From NCBI GenBank assembly GCA_964464105.1, contig CAYXEY010000001.1, positions 1-43,278 of the forward strand: a stretch of DNA of 43,278 nucleotides, in the 5' to 3' direction. The notes beneath the pieces are model-generated. The model had not been told where the DNA came from and searched no databases. It was given only the letters and a program-made list of their open reading frames with translations. Position 1 is the first letter of the stretch. Each line of letters begins with the position of its first letter. The position numbers and the translations under genes were made by a program. Source of the DNA: an uncultured Planctomycetaceae bacterium. Its GTDB lineage: Bacteria; Planctomycetota; Phycisphaerae; UBA1845; UTPLA1. Positions 40,907-43,278 of this stretch are shown one piece after another.

Positions 40907-41614
40907 ATGCAACCCACAACGATCGAAAGTACGCCAACAGTATTTGTCGTCGACGACGAGGCGTCGGTCAGAGACTCGCTCGCTTGGCTCCTCAATTCGA
41001 TCTCCCTGAATGTTCGGACATTCGAATCCGCGAGAGATTTTCTTGACGCCAACGTTTCCTGTCTTTACGGCTGCCTTATTCTCGATGTTCGAATGCAGAA
41101 CGTAAGTGGATTGCAGTTGCAACAGGCACTGTACGAAAGGAACTTCAAGCTCCCGATAATTTTCCTTTCAGCCTACGGCGACGCCCAGATGGGCGCACAG
41201 GCAGTCAAGAGAGGCGCCTTCGACTTCCTTCAAAAACCTTACCGCAATCAGGATCTACTCGATGCGGTGAACGCCGCACTCGCGGCATGCAAAGAGGCGA
41301 GAGATAAGCAAAGTGAAAAACAAAAACACCTCGACCTTCTTTCAACATTGTCACAACGGGAATTGGAAATCCTTGAAAAGGTCGTTGCCGGAAACAGCAG
41401 CAAAGAAATTGCCAGATTACTGGACATCAGTTACAAGACCGTTGAAGCACACCGAGGGCGCATCATGAGCAAGCTTGGATTAAGATCCACCGGCGATCTG
41501 ATTCATTTCACGATCCGTAACAGCAGTCATTGCGGCGACTGCGAATGGAGCTCTAATACCGGATCGAAATCACGTCTTCCTGCACCTGGGAAGTGCCCCT
41601 CCAGATCAGAATGA
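40907..41614 (+). CDS. tdiR: FixJ/NarL(LuxR)-type response regulator, TdiR-like
   Basis: 235 aa. Receiver 'VFVVDDEASVRDSL...LILDVRMQNVSGLQL...IIFLSAYGD...KRGAFDFLQKP'. HTH 'LSQRELEILEKVVAGNSSKEIARLLDISYKTVEAHRGRIMSKLG'. About 35-aa Cys/Ser-rich tail after the HTH. Confidence 0.85.
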   Translation: MQPTTIESTPTVFVVDDEASVRDSLAWLLNSISLNVRTFESARDFLDANVSCLYGCLILDVRMQNVSGLQLQQALYERNFKLPIIFLSAYGDAQMGAQAVKRGAFDFLQKPYRNQDLLDAVNAALAACKEARDKQSEKQKHLDLLSTLSQRELEILEKVVAGNSSKEIARLLDISYKTVEAHRGRIMSKLGLRSTGDLIHFTIRNSSHCGDCEWSSNTGSKSRLPAPGKCPSRSE

Positions 41615-41732
41615 GTTTTGCATAAGAAGACCGTAGAGGCCGAGGGCCAAAGCGAAATATCGAAAGAGGAAAACACGGACAGACGATGGCGTGTTAGCAC
41701 TCCTCGAACAACTGGCGCAATTCGGCCTGTTT

Positions 41733-42114
41733 TCACGCCGCTGCGATACGCTCCTGCAGCGAGCTGGTGCCCACGGCCTCGACGAAGGCGTTGATCGTGT
41801 CGAGCATGAAGTAGCGGGCCCGTTGCCGGCGGGCACGATTCTCCCCCCCCCCCCCCTGGAAGGCACCGAGCTGGTGCTGCACCTCCGGGCGTGCGTGTCT
41901 CGTTGCACGCCTCGAGCATCTCGATGAGTCCTTGCTCTTCGAGGAGCCCCGGGCGGTGCTGGAGATCGTCGCAGTGCTCAAGATTGCGCAGCTCCTCGAC
42001 CGAACACTTCCCATCGATGAAGATCTGCACTCGCCGAATCCGCGCGCTCAGTTCGCCGGACCGGTGGGCGATTTCGGCGTGACCCTTGCCCGTCTTCGCA
42101 AGAATCACTGCCAT
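41733..42114 (-). pseudogene. Small hypothetical ORF interrupted or frame-toggled by a G14 tract
   Basis: The ATG at 42114 has GGGAG upstream. The N-terminal ~70 aa look protein-like ('MAVILAKTGKGHAEIAHRSGELSARIRRVQIFIDGKCSVEELRNLE...'). After the tract the protein-like continuation ('ENRARRQRARYFMLDTINAFVEAVGTSSLQERIAAA*') is in the -1 frame. The current frame instead runs on to 41527 through Arg/Gly-rich sequence. Confidence 0.4.
41843..41856. repeat. Homopolymer C14 (G14 on the coding strand of the ORF above)
   Basis: Counted directly: 'ct' + 14 C + 'tgga'. Confidence 0.95.
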
Positions 42115-42203
42115 GCGCACTCCCTGCGGGGCCTGGAACCACCCCGCCTCCAGTCAGAACCGTCAGGGAATATTACGCCAGGAAGCGGGGTCCGATGCGC
42201 TCG

Positions 42204-42629
42204 TCATCCTTGCTCCGGCATGCTGTGCCACCAGATGTCGCAACGCCTGCACAAGCCGCCGTCGAACTCCGCCTCGAGCACGCCGTCGAGTACCATCCGC
42301 GGCAGCGGATCGCCCGGCTTGCGCGCGACCAGGTTGGTGCCGGTGGATTGCGCCCAGATCCGGAACAGCTCCTCCGAGGCCACCTGGTAGGTGACGTGCC
42401 AATGGGCGATGCCACCGGCCGGGGTGGCGGCGAGGATCTCGTAGCGCACCCGCACGTCCTCCTGCAACTTCACGCGCTGCCAGTAGGCGGCAAGCTCCGC
42501 GTGGCCGCGCTGCACCGCGAAGGGCGTGTTGTGGTATTCGCCGTCGGTCGCGAAGAGGGCGCAGAACTGCGCCTCGTCGCGCTCCTCCCAGGCCTTCTTG
42601 TAGCCTTGCATGAATTGTTCGACATCCAT
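42204..42629 (-). CDS. SnoaL-like/NTF2-fold protein
   Basis: 141 aa. 'MDVEQFMQGYKKAWEERDEAQFCALFATDGEYHNTPF' is a typical SnoaL/NTF2-like N-terminus. Unbiased composition. Confidence 0.65.
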   Translation of the reverse strand: MDVEQFMQGYKKAWEERDEAQFCALFATDGEYHNTPFAVQRGHAELAAYWQRVKLQEDVRVRYEILAATPAGGIAHWHVTYQVASEELFRIWAQSTGTNLVARKPGDPLPRMVLDGVLEAEFDGGLCRRCDIWWHSMPEQG

Positions 42630-42733
42630 CTTTTAGCCTCCTCCGTCTCTTGTTATCGTCCACCGCCAGCCACGGCAGTATAGGCGCGGCCGCGGGCCGG
42701 TCACGAAGGCGACACCGAGAAGGAGTGGGAGAC

Positions 42734-43278
42734 ATGCTGGGAAGCTGCGAACGGGAACGGGTGCACACGCGCCGCATCGTGTGCGAGGCCTATCGGCGCC
42801 GCGACGGACTCTGGGAGATCGAGGCGACGGTGATCGACGAGAAGGGCGAGGACATGCCCTTCCGCTCACGCCCGCGGGTACGCCCCGGCGAAACGCTCCA
42901 TCACATCGCGATCGTGGTGCTGATCGACGACGACGCGGTGATCCACGACGTCGCCACCCGCATGGGGACCGTGCCATGGGCCGACTGCCCGCAAAGCCAG
43001 GCGGCTTACCGCCGGCTCGTCGGACTGAAGGTGGGCAGCGGCTTCATGCGCGAGGCGCGCGAACGCGTGGGCGGCGAGGAGGGCTGCACGCACCTTACCG
43101 ACCTGCTCGTGCAGATCGGCAACACCTACACCCAGGCGATCTGGCCCACGCTGATCACCCGCCAGTTCGCCGTCGAGCCGGACCCGCGCAAATGGACCGA
43201 CACCCGCGCGGTAGCATTCGTCGGCGGTTGCGCCGCCTGGCGGCGCGACGGCGACACGCTGCGGCAGGAGTATCCGGA
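42734..43278 (+). CDS. DUF2889-like protein, 5' part (runs off the window end; absent from the ORF track because it has no stop)
   Basis: ATG at 42734 with AAGGAG upstream. My own translation: 'MLGSCERERVHTRRIVCEAYRRRDGLWEIEATVIDEKGEDMPF...GEEGCTHLTDLLVQIGNTYTQAIW...'. It stays open to base 43278. 'GCTHL' is as remembered for DUF2889. Confidence 0.55.
   Translation, partial: MLGSCERERVHTRRIVCEAYRRRDGLWEIEATVIDEKGEDMPFRSRPRVRPGETLHHIAIVVLIDDDAVIHDVATRMGTVPWADCPQSQAAYRRLVGLKVGSGFMREARERVGGEEGCTHLTDLLVQIGNTYTQAIWPTLITRQFAVEPDPRKWTDTRAVAFVGGCAAWRRDGDTLRQEYP

Overview
No database search was run; all family calls rest on motifs read in the translations and on operon context. The window reads as a Rhodocyclales-type (Thauera/Aromatoleum/Azoarcus-like) anaerobic toluene catabolic island.

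Left to right:
- the 3' part of an AraC-family regulator gene;
- a methyl-accepting chemotaxis protein;
- a TodS/TutC-type double sensor kinase with its FixJ/NarL-type response regulator (minus strand, divergent from bss);
- the benzylsuccinate synthase operon bssD-C-A-B-E-F-G, followed by a MoaD/ThiS-like GG-terminal protein and one more unknown;
- a very GC-rich, translationally coupled block: MFS transporter, DUF4258/zinc-finger toxin-antitoxin-like fusion, DUF4037, NAD-epimerase, amidohydrolase;
- on the minus strand, a PEBP-family gene and the complete benzylsuccinate beta-oxidation operon bbsA-H;
- a four-gene envelope module: BNR/Ycf48-like lipoprotein, HAE3/MMPL-type RND transporter, DUF1302-like barrel, DUF1329-like protein;
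- an IS5-family transposase remnant;
- a second two-component system, tdiS-tdiR;
- a small ORF interrupted by a 14-nt homopolymer, a SnoaL-like gene, and the 5' part of a DUF2889-like gene.

Most notable observations:
1. A ~70-nt promoter-like element sits upstream of bbsA and upstream of the chemoreceptor gene (52/70 identical by hand count). A diverged third copy lies upstream of bssD.
2. The uncharacterised four-gene envelope module is wedged between bbs and tdiSR.
3. The bss accessory genes include a CbbQ/NorQ-like AAA+ plus vWA pair and a ubiquitin-fold GG protein with no E1-like partner in the window.
4. A DUF4258 toxin-like ORF runs in frame, with no stop codon, into a YgiT-type zinc-finger antitoxin-like ORF.
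5. A C14/G14 tract toggles the C-terminus of a small ORF.
6. Two different toluene-type two-component systems are present, and tdiSR is separated from bssD and abutted by an IS remnant.

The core bss/bbs pathway is established biology. The candidates for undescribed function are the envelope module and the bss accessory genes.
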